Sequence record: NC_070882.1
DNA length: 64,000 bases
Direction: 5' to 3' (one strand)
The position numbers and the translations under genes were made by a program. Shown piece after piece: positions 47,463-56,210 of the stretch; the stretch's first letter is position 1, and the number at the start of each line of letters is the position of its first letter. The notes under the pieces were generated by a model. That model did no database searches and had not been told where the DNA came from. It saw only the letters and a list, made by a program, of their open reading frames with translations.

Positions 47463-47736
47463 TTATAACCCACCGGTGGACACTGTTGATGTCCTCCATA
47501 TCGACTGCGAGTACGAAACGTTCTCGTTCGGTAAGTTGTTTCAACGTATGGTCGATCACTTCGGTAGCGATATCAAGCTGGACGATTTCGAAATCGAAGC
47601 AACCAAGATCAAAGTACGTGGTTGCAACTGTTGTTTGGATCTGGATGACTACACGGATTATATTCGTGTAACTCGTCTTACCCAACCCGCCGCCGATACC
47701 GAGACCCTATCGATCGAAGGTCTTATTGTCGGTTGA
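47452..47736 (+). CDS. Hypothetical protein with GCNCC motif
   Basis: Start moved to ATG 47452 after SD AAGGAG. Confidence 0.75.
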   Translation: MSSSYNPPVDTVDVLHIDCEYETFSFGKLFQRMVDHFGSDIKLDDFEIEATKIKVRGCNCCLDLDDYTDYIRVTRLTQPAADTETLSIEGLIVG

Positions 47737-47745
47737 CGGCATAAA

Positions 47746-47767
47746 GCCCCTACCTTCCGGTAGGGGC
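47746..47767 (+). terminator. Terminator hairpin
   Basis: GCCCCTACC-TTCC-GGTAGGGGC. Confidence 0.75.
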
Positions 47768-47896
47768 TAAATCCCATTTCTTTTCGCCAAAGAGTTCGTC
47801 TCGGGCATTGCGCGTTTTGGGCACTAACCCAGCAGTAGGAATAAGAAGTAACGCGTAATCTCCTTACATACTATCAGCCAATAGGTATTATTTCAC

Positions 47897-48451
47897 ATGG
47901 ACAAAAAACTGAAAGAATTCCAAGCAGTGACTCCGGGCGTAGATCGTTTCGTTTATTACGAGAAAACTGACACCTGGCTCCCCAAAGATACTCGTCCAAT
48001 GGACTGTTTCCGCAATAAGAAAGCAATAGAGGCATTCGATAAAGCCAACGAAGAAATTCAAGAACGTTGGTTCTATTGGTGCATCGCATGGGAGAAAGCT
48101 TCTGTTCGCCCTACAATGGAAACCGAACTCTGGAAGAACCCGTTCATCTCTGTTGAAGAACGACTGGAGATTGCAGAAGGCGCCATCGCGTTCCGTAACG
48201 AGGTCATCAGAAATCTCCAGGGACGTTTAGTTTCGCCAACGATTGCCGAGTTCAAACTTAACGACGAAATGGTGGAAGCTATCTTGGATAGCAGTTACAC
48301 TGTAAAAGATTTCGATCGGAACTCGGAAACGGGCGAAGTAGAGCTTCAGTATCAGATTTCCAATAACTTCCACAATCGCGAGTTGGCACGTGATACTGTT
48401 CACCGTATCATCAATGCCCTCAAACAACTTACCCCGGTGCAACAGCAATGA
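47897..48451 (+). CDS. Hypothetical protein
   Basis: 184 aa; ATGA overlap with next gene. Confidence 0.75.
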   Translation: MDKKLKEFQAVTPGVDRFVYYEKTDTWLPKDTRPMDCFRNKKAIEAFDKANEEIQERWFYWCIAWEKASVRPTMETELWKNPFISVEERLEIAEGAIAFRNEVIRNLQGRLVSPTIAEFKLNDEMVEAILDSSYTVKDFDRNSETGEVELQYQISNNFHNRELARDTVHRIINALKQLTPVQQQ

Positions 48452-48657
48452 TCTACCTTGGTTGGTTCACCATCATCTTCGTGGTGATGGGTCTTGGTTT
48501 ATTCGGTGCTTTCTGTCATCGAATAGTTAATTCCACTAATCCTGGATTGGAAGAGAAGCGTACTACAATGAATATCGCTATCTGGACAGGTATTCTTCTA
48601 GTGCTCGCTTATCTCAATGAAATCAGTCGGGTCTTTATTGTAGGGGTAGTTACATGA
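48448..48657 (+). CDS. Small 2-TM membrane protein
   Basis: 69 aa, two hydrophobic helices. Confidence 0.75.
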   Translation: MIYLGWFTIIFVVMGLGLFGAFCHRIVNSTNPGLEEKRTTMNIAIWTGILLVLAYLNEISRVFIVGVVT

Positions 48658-48896
48658 CATTACAAGAGCTGCGTGAACTTCTTTATAAAGAAGCTGGTAT
48701 GGAATCAATCCATGCTAAAATTAAGCAACGGGCGCTCGCTGGTGATTCAGAGGTAAACTTCGATTACAGCAACGAGAACACGCCAGTTGAAGGAAAGATG
48801 AATAATCGTCAAGCGGAAATCCTCCGTAAAGACGGTTACATTGTTGAATACAATAGTGCCTGTCTCTGGTACGAAGTAAAAGGATGGGATGAATAA
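48654..48896 (+). CDS. Hypothetical protein
   Basis: 80 aa; ILRKDGY.V..W pattern; coupled overlaps. Confidence 0.75.
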   Translation: MTLQELRELLYKEAGMESIHAKIKQRALAGDSEVNFDYSNENTPVEGKMNNRQAEILRKDGYIVEYNSACLWYEVKGWDE

Positions 48897-49162
48897 TGGG
48901 ACTTCGTTACATGGGTTATTCCGTTAAAGCAACTGTGACTGACCGTGAAGGCGAGTCGCATATCTTTGACGGCTTTGCCAAGCCTGGCGAGGGTAATTCG
49001 GTTTATCCCGGAGCTAATGGTGAAGGCGATAAGCGTCTTGCAGCTCGCCGCGCACTGGAAGCCTTCATGGATAGTCCAGTCTTCGAGGAACTAACATCAG
49101 ATATGTACGATACGTTCGATGTTCGTTTCAATTCTCTTGTACACACTGGAATGCCGGAGTAA
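48896..49162 (+). CDS. Hypothetical protein
   Basis: 88 aa; TAATG overlap. Confidence 0.75.
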   Translation: MGLRYMGYSVKATVTDREGESHIFDGFAKPGEGNSVYPGANGEGDKRLAARRALEAFMDSPVFEELTSDMYDTFDVRFNSLVHTGMPE

Positions 49163-49167
49163 TAAAA

Positions 49168-49605
49168 ATGTCGATGTATACCAAAGACAACGCTGAACTT
49201 TACACCCACAAAGAAGATGGTGGTATTTACTACTACCATGGCTTGGCTCATGGTACCGGTGATCAACGTGGAGAACTGCTGCACATCTACAGTGATTACT
49301 TCACTGACATGATGTACTACCGTAACCACACCTGGTCTACTCGGATGGAACGCGTTTCTGCTCCAGGGCTTCGTCTGAGTCGTTTCTTGCATCCACGTCT
49401 GTGGATCACCACTCTGATCGGTTTGATGATCATTATCATTACTCAGGTTGTTTTCGGCACCGAGTTCAATGCAATCACTCCCCAAGAGATTGTCGGTACA
49501 GCCGTCGCTGGTGTACTGGCACTGGGTCTTCCGAGTTTCATCCTGCACCAACTGTACAAGTGGAAGTACAGGAAACCTGTTAAACAGAAGTCCGAAGCGG
49601 CATAA
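49168..49605 (+). CDS. DUF1653-like N-terminal domain fused to two TM helices
   Basis: LYTHKEDGGIYYYHGLA..H.Y resembles DUF1653 YRHYKG..Y.V.G.A; hydrophobic C-terminal half. Confidence 0.55.
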   Translation: MSMYTKDNAELYTHKEDGGIYYYHGLAHGTGDQRGELLHIYSDYFTDMMYYRNHTWSTRMERVSAPGLRLSRFLHPRLWITTLIGLMIIIITQVVFGTEFNAITPQEIVGTAVAGVLALGLPSFILHQLYKWKYRKPVKQKSEAA

Positions 49606-49769
49606 AAGGAAATCCCCATTGGCCGCTAAACCAATGGGGTTCCAAACAGTGCATTCGCGACTACACTGTCAGCAGGTGTCGTCCAAGAGAACTGCGGATT
49701 AGCTACTTACCCCTCGTGGGCATTTTCACTAGCAGTATTATAACAACACCGTACGTTCTGAAAAGATTA

Positions 49770-49793
49770 GCCCTCCTGGTTGCACAGGAGGGC
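49770..49793 (+). terminator. Terminator hairpin
   Basis: GCCCTCCTG-GTTGCA-CAGGAGGGC. Confidence 0.75.
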
Positions 49794-49858
49794 TATATGT
49801 CGTCAAGTTTAAGCTTGACTTTTTGCCCAAATGGGCCCACTTGCAGAGGAGACTCCTA

Positions 49859-50125
49859 ATGAAAGTCTTTGAAACAAGTTCCAGACCAGATCCCCACCAC
49901 GGGTACTTGACTGGTCTAGAGGTAACAGCATTCAATGGTAAGCCGATCGTCTATGGGCGAAATGAGCAAATCAAAGTTGCTGTATACGATGGTAAGATGT
50001 TCCTTGGTTACATTGGCAATGGTCAGCTTGTAAGCAAGCTTTCCGATGCTAAATGGATTAACGGATCATCGAACTATCATATCAAGTCTAACTCCAGTAA
50101 TCTTTTGTTTACTAGAGCAGCTTAA
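49859..50125 (+). CDS. Hypothetical protein
   Basis: Start moved to ATG 49859 after SD GAGGAG. Confidence 0.75.
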   Translation: MKVFETSSRPDPHHGYLTGLEVTAFNGKPIVYGRNEQIKVAVYDGKMFLGYIGNGQLVSKLSDAKWINGSSNYHIKSNSSNLLFTRAA

Positions 50126-50135
50126 CCTCAATTGC

Positions 50136-50178
50136 CCTCTTCCTTGTGGAGAGGGCTTTACTTAGTTTATTTTTTTTT
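50136..50178 (+). terminator. Intrinsic terminator
   Basis: GCCCTCTTCC-TTGT-GGAGAGGGC plus T-rich tail. Confidence 0.75.
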
Positions 50179-50542
50179 GTTGATTTAGAAGTTTTACTTG
50201 GGTGTTTAATGAATCTGTAGAACGAGGAAAAGGTACCTCCGGAGGAGGGGGGTTTTATTTAGTAATAAACAATACCGAAGGTATTTCCTTATTCTAATTA
50301 TAAACTTCTTTAATCCTTATTCCTGCTTTTACCCGAAGGGGATCTAACGGAGGCGATGCCCAAACATCGCCATACCAAATGAATTAAGCTTTAAAAAAAC
50401 AACACAGTCGCCTTGCCTCTCAGGAGCCTCTACACGACATTTCTAATATTAAGTGTCACCATGTTAGGCTTTATCTCTAATATCTCTATAAACGCGTTGT
50501 AGAGCCTTTTACGGCATAAAGTTCCCCGAAGGGAGCAGTATG

Positions 50543-50944
50543 TTAGGTCTTACGTTCTTCGAGATAGTTAGTCAACATCGCCTGGCCTTCCTGGCATGGA
50601 TCTGTATCAAAGAAGTATTTAGAGTAGTTAGATACATCTACTGATATAAAATCACCATCTGGACAAGGTGCAGCTTTCTGGAGAATGTCGATATGCAGAT
50701 GATGACTAAAGAACAGAGATGCTCTATACCTCTCTCCTTTCTCCATGATCTCGTTGGCCGACATGGTGAGGAAGTCTACATCCATTCCTTCTAATGCATT
50801 GATAAACAGTTTTGCTATCTCAAAGCGGACCTTATAAAGATTTTGGGATGCCACATGTACCAGAACAGAAGTACCGTGACGTTGTTGTAGATTGAAACGA
50901 AGGTAACCCTTTAGGTTATCGATAAGTGCGTCAATACAACTCAT
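50543..50944 (-). CDS. Hypothetical protein
   Basis: 133 aa; followed on the minus strand by a CTCCC-TTCG-GGGAA hairpin. Confidence 0.7.
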   Translation of the reverse strand: MSCIDALIDNLKGYLRFNLQQRHGTSVLVHVASQNLYKVRFEIAKLFINALEGMDVDFLTMSANEIMEKGERYRASLFFSHHLHIDILQKAAPCPDGDFISVDVSNYSKYFFDTDPCQEGQAMLTNYLEERKT

Positions 50945-50974
50945 GATATTTACTCTTGTGAATTTGTGAATAAA

Positions 50975-50994
50975 GCCTTCCCCGAAGGGAAGGC
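50975..50994 (-). terminator. Terminator of the helicase gene
   Basis: Minus strand GCCTTCCC-TTCG-GGGAAGGC. Confidence 0.8.
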
Positions 50995-51004
50995 ATTTAT
51001 GTCG

Positions 51005-52543
51005 TTAGATAGACCATGCGTCAGAATCGAGATCACCGCCAATTACAGACCCAGGAACAACTTTCAGAGAATAATCTTCCTCTTTATCAATGTCCCATGG
51101 AATCGTACCGATATTACTAAATGGTAGAAGAACATATTGGTCTTCTTCTGCCGTTACAGTGTTACGGTGTTTACCACGTTGAATAGCGAGATACGCTTTT
51201 CCTTTATGGCGGATGATGTGGTGGAACAGCTCAAGGTCAGGTTCCTGACCCAGACGACGACAACCATCGTAATAACCTTTGTTCGCTACTACCTTAACGA
51301 AGTCCTCGGTATTTTCACGCATCAGTTGCAATGCATCAGAACCAAGCTGATGAGGGCTGATGAAAGTGATACCACGAGGAGTAGTGTAGTTACGCATGCG
51401 ACGGAATAGAAGACGAATATCGTCACCTGCTACTTTAGCATCAAGTCCTGTCTTAGGTAGCATGTTCAGATAGTCAACTACCAGGAATTGAATCTCGTAT
51501 CCCTGTCCCTGAAGACCATCTAGATAGTTAGTGAAACCACCAATTGTAAATTCAGTGGGGTTGAATCGAACCATCTTAACTTTAAAGCCATTCTCTTCAA
51601 GGCGCGCACAAACATAAGCAGCAGCTTCACGTTTATCGATATCTTTGACAATGACTTCTTCACCCGTTTCGTTTTCACGGATGTATTTGTAAATAGTCAG
51701 AAGGTTATCAGAGATTTCGTTTTCAAGGGTTGCAAATAGAAGAAGAGGCTTCTTCGATTTATCACGCATCCATGGCTTATTAAACAATGCGACATGTACA
51801 AACAGTAACATAACCAGATATGATTTAAAGTTATGTTGTAGAGCTGCGGTGGTAATAAACTCACCACGACGGAAAGCACCTAGGCTACCCAATACACGGT
51901 TGAAACCTTTCCAACCTAGTTTGAAAGCACCATCGGCAGACAAAGTAGTTTGTACAGCTTCGAAGAATTCTTCTACACCTTCCGGGTTGTCAAAATCAAG
52001 GCAACCCATTTCAGCGGGATGTCGACTTTCAGCACGAGCCTTTACATAAGGATCGAGCTTAGCCCCCATCTCGTTGATCATACCAGCGATATCATTACCG
52101 CCACCACGGTTAAACAGAAGCTTAGTGGAATACTCTTTCATAATCGCTTTAATAGTTTCATCATTGATGTATTCATTAAGCGAACGACGATAAGAGTTGA
52201 TCCGGTGCATGATAGCCATCCCATCTGGGAAGTTTTCATTAACACCATTTAGTACAGCTTCGTAAAGATAGTTCTCTTCACGGCAGCTCACTTGCACAGA
52301 TTGTAGTACTTCAGCGATACTTGGAAATTCGTGCTTAACTTTCTTATTGAGATCTTGAACAAGTTTACGAAGCTCAAGAAAAGTTTGTCGACCATGATCA
52401 TGATCAACAGTAGTCTCTTTAATTTCAAGTGAACCAACAATTTTATCAATTAGTTCAGTAGACGGAGAGGCCGGAGAATCTGGGCGGTGCTCCAAGCAAA
52501 GCAGGGTAACGCAACTGACAAGAAGCTGTTTTGGGGAGGACAT
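51005..52543 (-). CDS. dnaB: DnaB-like replicative helicase (phiKZ gp118-like)
   Basis: GFN..LG..G..RRGE, variant Walker A AALQHNFKS, LVVDYL, SPHQL, IQRGKHR motifs. Confidence 0.9.
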   Translation of the reverse strand: MSSPKQLLVSCVTLLCLEHRPDSPASPSTELIDKIVGSLEIKETTVDHDHGRQTFLELRKLVQDLNKKVKHEFPSIAEVLQSVQVSCREENYLYEAVLNGVNENFPDGMAIMHRINSYRRSLNEYINDETIKAIMKEYSTKLLFNRGGGNDIAGMINEMGAKLDPYVKARAESRHPAEMGCLDFDNPEGVEEFFEAVQTTLSADGAFKLGWKGFNRVLGSLGAFRRGEFITTAALQHNFKSYLVMLLFVHVALFNKPWMRDKSKKPLLLFATLENEISDNLLTIYKYIRENETGEEVIVKDIDKREAAAYVCARLEENGFKVKMVRFNPTEFTIGGFTNYLDGLQGQGYEIQFLVVDYLNMLPKTGLDAKVAGDDIRLLFRRMRNYTTPRGITFISPHQLGSDALQLMRENTEDFVKVVANKGYYDGCRRLGQEPDLELFHHIIRHKGKAYLAIQRGKHRNTVTAEEDQYVLLPFSNIGTIPWDIDKEEDYSLKVVPGSVIGGDLDSDAWSI

Positions 52544-52680
52544 TTGAACCGCATCCTTTTAGTAAAATTAAAATGATGTACCGTGTATCATTTTTATCTT
52601 AAGTAATTTGTCACCAATTTAAGTATATATTCCTATGTAGACACTTAATAGCCTTGGTCCCACAATAGGTCAATACCCCG

Positions 52681-53217
52681 ATGATCAAGTTACTTGTAAT
52701 CCCCGAAGCAGTCTATGATCAGTACAAAGCTGATGGTGTGCAGTTTACTAAGCTACTCTGCCCCAACTATATAGCTTCCGTAAGCTCGGTAAATGACCTT
52801 GCGGAGATCGACGCTGCAATTAATGAATTCCCATTCCGGTTCTGTCAGGGAACTCAGATCGAGAAGGCTGACAGTCCGGTTGTTGGGATCGCCCTAAAGG
52901 CAACCTCCGACGACGATAATCAATTCAAGATGCAAGAATTGCACAATCGTGTAGAGGAACGTATTGCCAATATGGCTCTGCGTAAGGCAAATGATTCTGA
53001 TTATATCAGTGTTTATAGCCTTTATCCTGTAGATGAGTATCTTTGGGTTGCGGTGCAGAAGAGTCTGCACACTGGTTCAAGCGATCCTGACCGGCTCACA
53101 ATTAAGGCTAACCACACTTTCTTTGATAGTATGATTAGCGAGCTGACTAGAGCTTGCCCATTTGAGCAAGTAATGGCAACAAATCTCTTCACTTATTATC
53201 TGGAGTCACAAGGCTGA
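52681..53217 (+). CDS. Hypothetical protein (gp119-like)
   Basis: 178 aa between helicase and capsid genes; synteny. Confidence 0.7.
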   Translation: MIKLLVIPEAVYDQYKADGVQFTKLLCPNYIASVSSVNDLAEIDAAINEFPFRFCQGTQIEKADSPVVGIALKATSDDDNQFKMQELHNRVEERIANMALRKANDSDYISVYSLYPVDEYLWVAVQKSLHTGSSDPDRLTIKANHTFFDSMISELTRACPFEQVMATNLFTYYLESQG

Positions 53218-53288
53218 ATCCGGAAAATACCAGCTTTGATGACAAGATATTTGTAACATCCAAAACCCATCCTGCGTAGGAATAAAAC

Positions 53289-55514
53289 ATGAAAGACCTT
53301 AAATCTCTGTTCAAAGTGAACGGCGACCGCGACCTGACTCGTTTCTCCATGGAATCCTTCCTTGGTAAACTGGACCTGGAAAAAGACTACGGCGACAGCA
53401 TCCTGTCCGCTGGTAGCAAACTGATTAGTAAGATCGGTCTGGAAAACTTCGGCCAACTGAGCGACGAAGATGCTCAAAGTGCTGCTGGTATGTACGCTAG
53501 CCTGCAAAAAGTTGCCCGTCAGTGTGGCTTCGAATCCTTCGAAGGCGCTAACAGCCGTGTAGGCGAAAACCAACTGTCCGCTGCCACCATGGCTGCCCTG
53601 GCAATGTCCAACTCCACTGAGTACGTTAAGGCTCTGAAACAAGTTGGTAAGAAAATTGCTTCCACTGACAAGAACGTCATTTCGGTTGAACACCGTTTCG
53701 ACGGCCCGGCTGGTTCGATCCAAACTTTCGAAGCTGCTGCTGGCGTCGGTCTGGAAAACTACAACGAGAAATCCCAGCGTGACTTCCGCGTTGTGACCGT
53801 TGGTTATAACCTGGCCGCTTCCCGTCAGGATGAGTTCGCTGAGCGTATCTATCCGACCACCGTTATCAACCCGATTGAAGGTGGTGTTGTTCAGGTTCTT
53901 CCGTACATCGCGGTAATGAAAGACGTTTACCACGCTGTTTCCGGTCAGAAGCTCGACAACCAAGAAGTCAACATGGTTGAAGCCTATCGTGATCCGTCCA
54001 TCCTGGACGACGAGTGCACTGCACTGATCCCGGCTATCGATCCTGCTGGCACTAACCTGAAGTACTTCGCTGATCCGGCTCTGCTGCCTCCGGTAACCGT
54101 TATCAACGAACAAAACATGTCCATCGAAACTGCTCCGCTGAAGCCGGGCGTTAAACTGGACCTGATGGGTAACTCGAACGCCAACCTGCTGATCAACAAA
54201 GGCATGCTGGACATTTCGGATACCATCGATCCGTCGGGCCGCCTGAAGGCTCTGTACGTTAAGTTCCAAGGTAAAGTCATCAAGTTCCAAACTGAACGTC
54301 TGCCGCGCGCAGTGTTCCAGCCGGACCTGGTTGGTGATACCCGCGGTGCCAAGATCGACTTCTGGTCGGATGACCTGACTGTTTCGGCCGTAACCCGCAC
54401 TACTGACGCTGCACAAACTGCTGGCATGAAAGAACTGGAACAACGTAAGTGGGTTCTGCGTCTGAGCATGCAATTCAGTGGTCACATCAGCCTGAGCCGT
54501 GGCGATAGCCGTTTCACCATCGGTGAAGTAACTATCGATCGCATCCTGGACGAAGACAAGCGTCGCATCGACCTGGAAACTGGCGATGGTAAAGCTCTGG
54601 CCGACAGCATTGGCGAAATGGAAATCGTTGGTTTCGACCTCGACACCCGCTTCACCAACACTAACCGCCGTCAGCGTGGTCACCTGCTGCAAACTCGTGC
54701 CCTGCAATTCCGTCACCCGATTCCGATGCATGCTCCGGTTACCCTGCCGCTGAGCACCATGGACGAAGAAGGTCCGGGCGAAGTTGTTAAGGCTCTGACT
54801 GTCAACACCAACATCCGTAACAGCAACAACGCTGTTAAGCGCCTGCTGAACTACCTGGCTCAGCTGAAAGAAGTAACCGCTAACGGTTTCGACCGTCCGC
54901 AGTTCGGTGCTGTTGAAGGTGCTCTGTCCGCAGTAATGCGTCCGACCTACCGCTACAAGAAGCTGCACCTGCCTGACATGATCGACACCCTGAAGTCGCA
55001 AGACCGTTGGGAAGACGTCTGCTCGGCAATCCTGAACGCTGTTAAAGGTGTACTGTTCCCGGCTTACCGTGAATCCAACATCGAAGCAGCTTTCCGCGTG
55101 ATCTCCGGTAACCAAGACGAGCGTCCGATGTTCCTGTTCTGCTCGGACAAAGAGATCGCTAACTACCTGATGACCAAGGGCGACGATCGTACCCTGGGCG
55201 CTTACCTGGAATACGACCTGGTATCGACCAACAACGAACTGTTCGACGGTAAGCTGGTAGTGATTCCGACCCGTAAGACTCCGCAAGAGAACGACATCCT
55301 CAGCTTCGGTCAATTCTACTACGTATCGACCGTAATCGCCGACCTGCCGATCACCCGTGGTGGCCAGCAAGTTACTCGCGAAATCGCTGCGATTCCGTTC
55401 AACCTGCACGTTAACAACATCCCGTTCGCTCTCGAATTCGACGTTACTGGCTTCGAAGAAGTGATGGGTGAGTCTCAGTGGAACAAGCCCCTGGTTGAAG
55501 CCGTAAAAGGTTGA
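53289..55514 (+). CDS. Major capsid protein (phiKZ gp120-like)
   Basis: 741 aa; GLE/NYNEK maturation site; SRQDEFAE..YPT..INPIEGG; strong codon bias; adjacent to DnaB gene as in phiKZ. Confidence 0.95.
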   Translation: MKDLKSLFKVNGDRDLTRFSMESFLGKLDLEKDYGDSILSAGSKLISKIGLENFGQLSDEDAQSAAGMYASLQKVARQCGFESFEGANSRVGENQLSAATMAALAMSNSTEYVKALKQVGKKIASTDKNVISVEHRFDGPAGSIQTFEAAAGVGLENYNEKSQRDFRVVTVGYNLAASRQDEFAERIYPTTVINPIEGGVVQVLPYIAVMKDVYHAVSGQKLDNQEVNMVEAYRDPSILDDECTALIPAIDPAGTNLKYFADPALLPPVTVINEQNMSIETAPLKPGVKLDLMGNSNANLLINKGMLDISDTIDPSGRLKALYVKFQGKVIKFQTERLPRAVFQPDLVGDTRGAKIDFWSDDLTVSAVTRTTDAAQTAGMKELEQRKWVLRLSMQFSGHISLSRGDSRFTIGEVTIDRILDEDKRRIDLETGDGKALADSIGEMEIVGFDLDTRFTNTNRRQRGHLLQTRALQFRHPIPMHAPVTLPLSTMDEEGPGEVVKALTVNTNIRNSNNAVKRLLNYLAQLKEVTANGFDRPQFGAVEGALSAVMRPTYRYKKLHLPDMIDTLKSQDRWEDVCSAILNAVKGVLFPAYRESNIEAAFRVISGNQDERPMFLFCSDKEIANYLMTKGDDRTLGAYLEYDLVSTNNELFDGKLVVIPTRKTPQENDILSFGQFYYVSTVIADLPITRGGQQVTREIAAIPFNLHVNNIPFALEFDVTGFEEVMGESQWNKPLVEAVKG

Positions 55515-55598
55515 ACTGGAAAGGGTACCTTCCGTAAGCTTGAAAATGGTACTACCCGTTATCTTGAAGACGGAGTGGCCCGCCGCCTAGAGCGGTAA
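55515..55598 (+). other. In-frame 27-codon extension after capsid UGA (candidate readthrough product)
   Basis: TGKGTFRKLENGTTRYLEDGVARRLER-TAA with 8-aa RxLE(N/D)G periodicity; upstream of the terminator. Confidence 0.6.
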
Positions 55599-55630
55599 AG
55601 CGGAAGTGTTAAGCTGACTGCTGGCATAAC

Positions 55631-55654
55631 AGCCTCTACCTTCGGGTAGAGGCT
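55631..55654 (+). terminator. Capsid operon terminator
   Basis: AGCCTCTACC-TTCG-GGTAGAGGCT-TTATG. Confidence 0.9.
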
Positions 55655-55684
55655 TTATGTCGTCATTAAAAAATATTTCAAATC

Positions 55685-55692
55685 TATATTAC
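55685..55692 (+). promoter_or_regulatory. Early promoter TATATTAC
   Basis: TTTCAAatcTATATTAC upstream of SD GAGGA and ATG 55731. Confidence 0.7.
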
Positions 55693-55730
55693 GGTATTGA
55701 AGAATCATTCCCTAATTAGAGGATCAGACA

Positions 55731-56210
55731 ATGTTCTGGAATACACACGGGCATCATGTTGAGCAAGAGCTCACTGATTCCCAAATGAATCCTGGCGACA
55801 TTGTCGTCATGAAAGAAAATACTACGGTTAGTAATAATACGTCTAACCAAACCAATTCTCAAACCACCACTACTATTCATCCTACCCAGGATGAGAATAT
55901 GTCCCATTTTGCTAATCGCTTCGAGAAGCAAATAAGACATGTTAATATATCCAATGGCCGTTGTTATGAATCGGGAGGTACCCCTGAAGAAAAACAACGT
56001 TCGCGCAACACGCGGAAGGGTAAAGGTAAAACGCGTGTTGCGCATGGGAAACGTGGAGACAGAAATCATAGAGATTCGAAAGCATCCCAAACGAGTCGAT
56101 ATGAACCTAGTCAAGAACGGAGTAGGCCCAAAGGACGTAAAGTAGAAATGGTATTGGATAGGATTGTTTTAAATGGTAAAGATCAACCGTTCCCGTGCGG
56201 GTCATATTGA
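55731..56210 (+). CDS. Low-complexity basic hypothetical protein (gp121 position)
   Basis: 159 aa, SD GAGGA; N/T-rich then R/K/G-rich; an alternative-frame ORF is nested. Confidence 0.5.
   Translation: MFWNTHGHHVEQELTDSQMNPGDIVVMKENTTVSNNTSNQTNSQTTTTIHPTQDENMSHFANRFEKQIRHVNISNGRCYESGGTPEEKQRSRNTRKGKGKTRVAHGKRGDRNHRDSKASQTSRYEPSQERSRPKGRKVEMVLDRIVLNGKDQPFPCGSY

Noticed and set aside
49606-49769. tRNA or tRNA-like gene
   Set aside because: No GTTCRA T-loop, D-arm or cloverleaf; kept only as a generic ncRNA candidate
51770-51870. Atypical Walker A (AALQHNFKS) suggesting a dead helicase
   Set aside because: As recalled, phiKZ-family DnaB proteins share this variant; the other motifs are intact
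53196-55409. 737-aa antisense ORF over the capsid gene
   Set aside because: Shadow ORF expected from strong codon bias in a highly expressed gene; no SD or recognisable motifs
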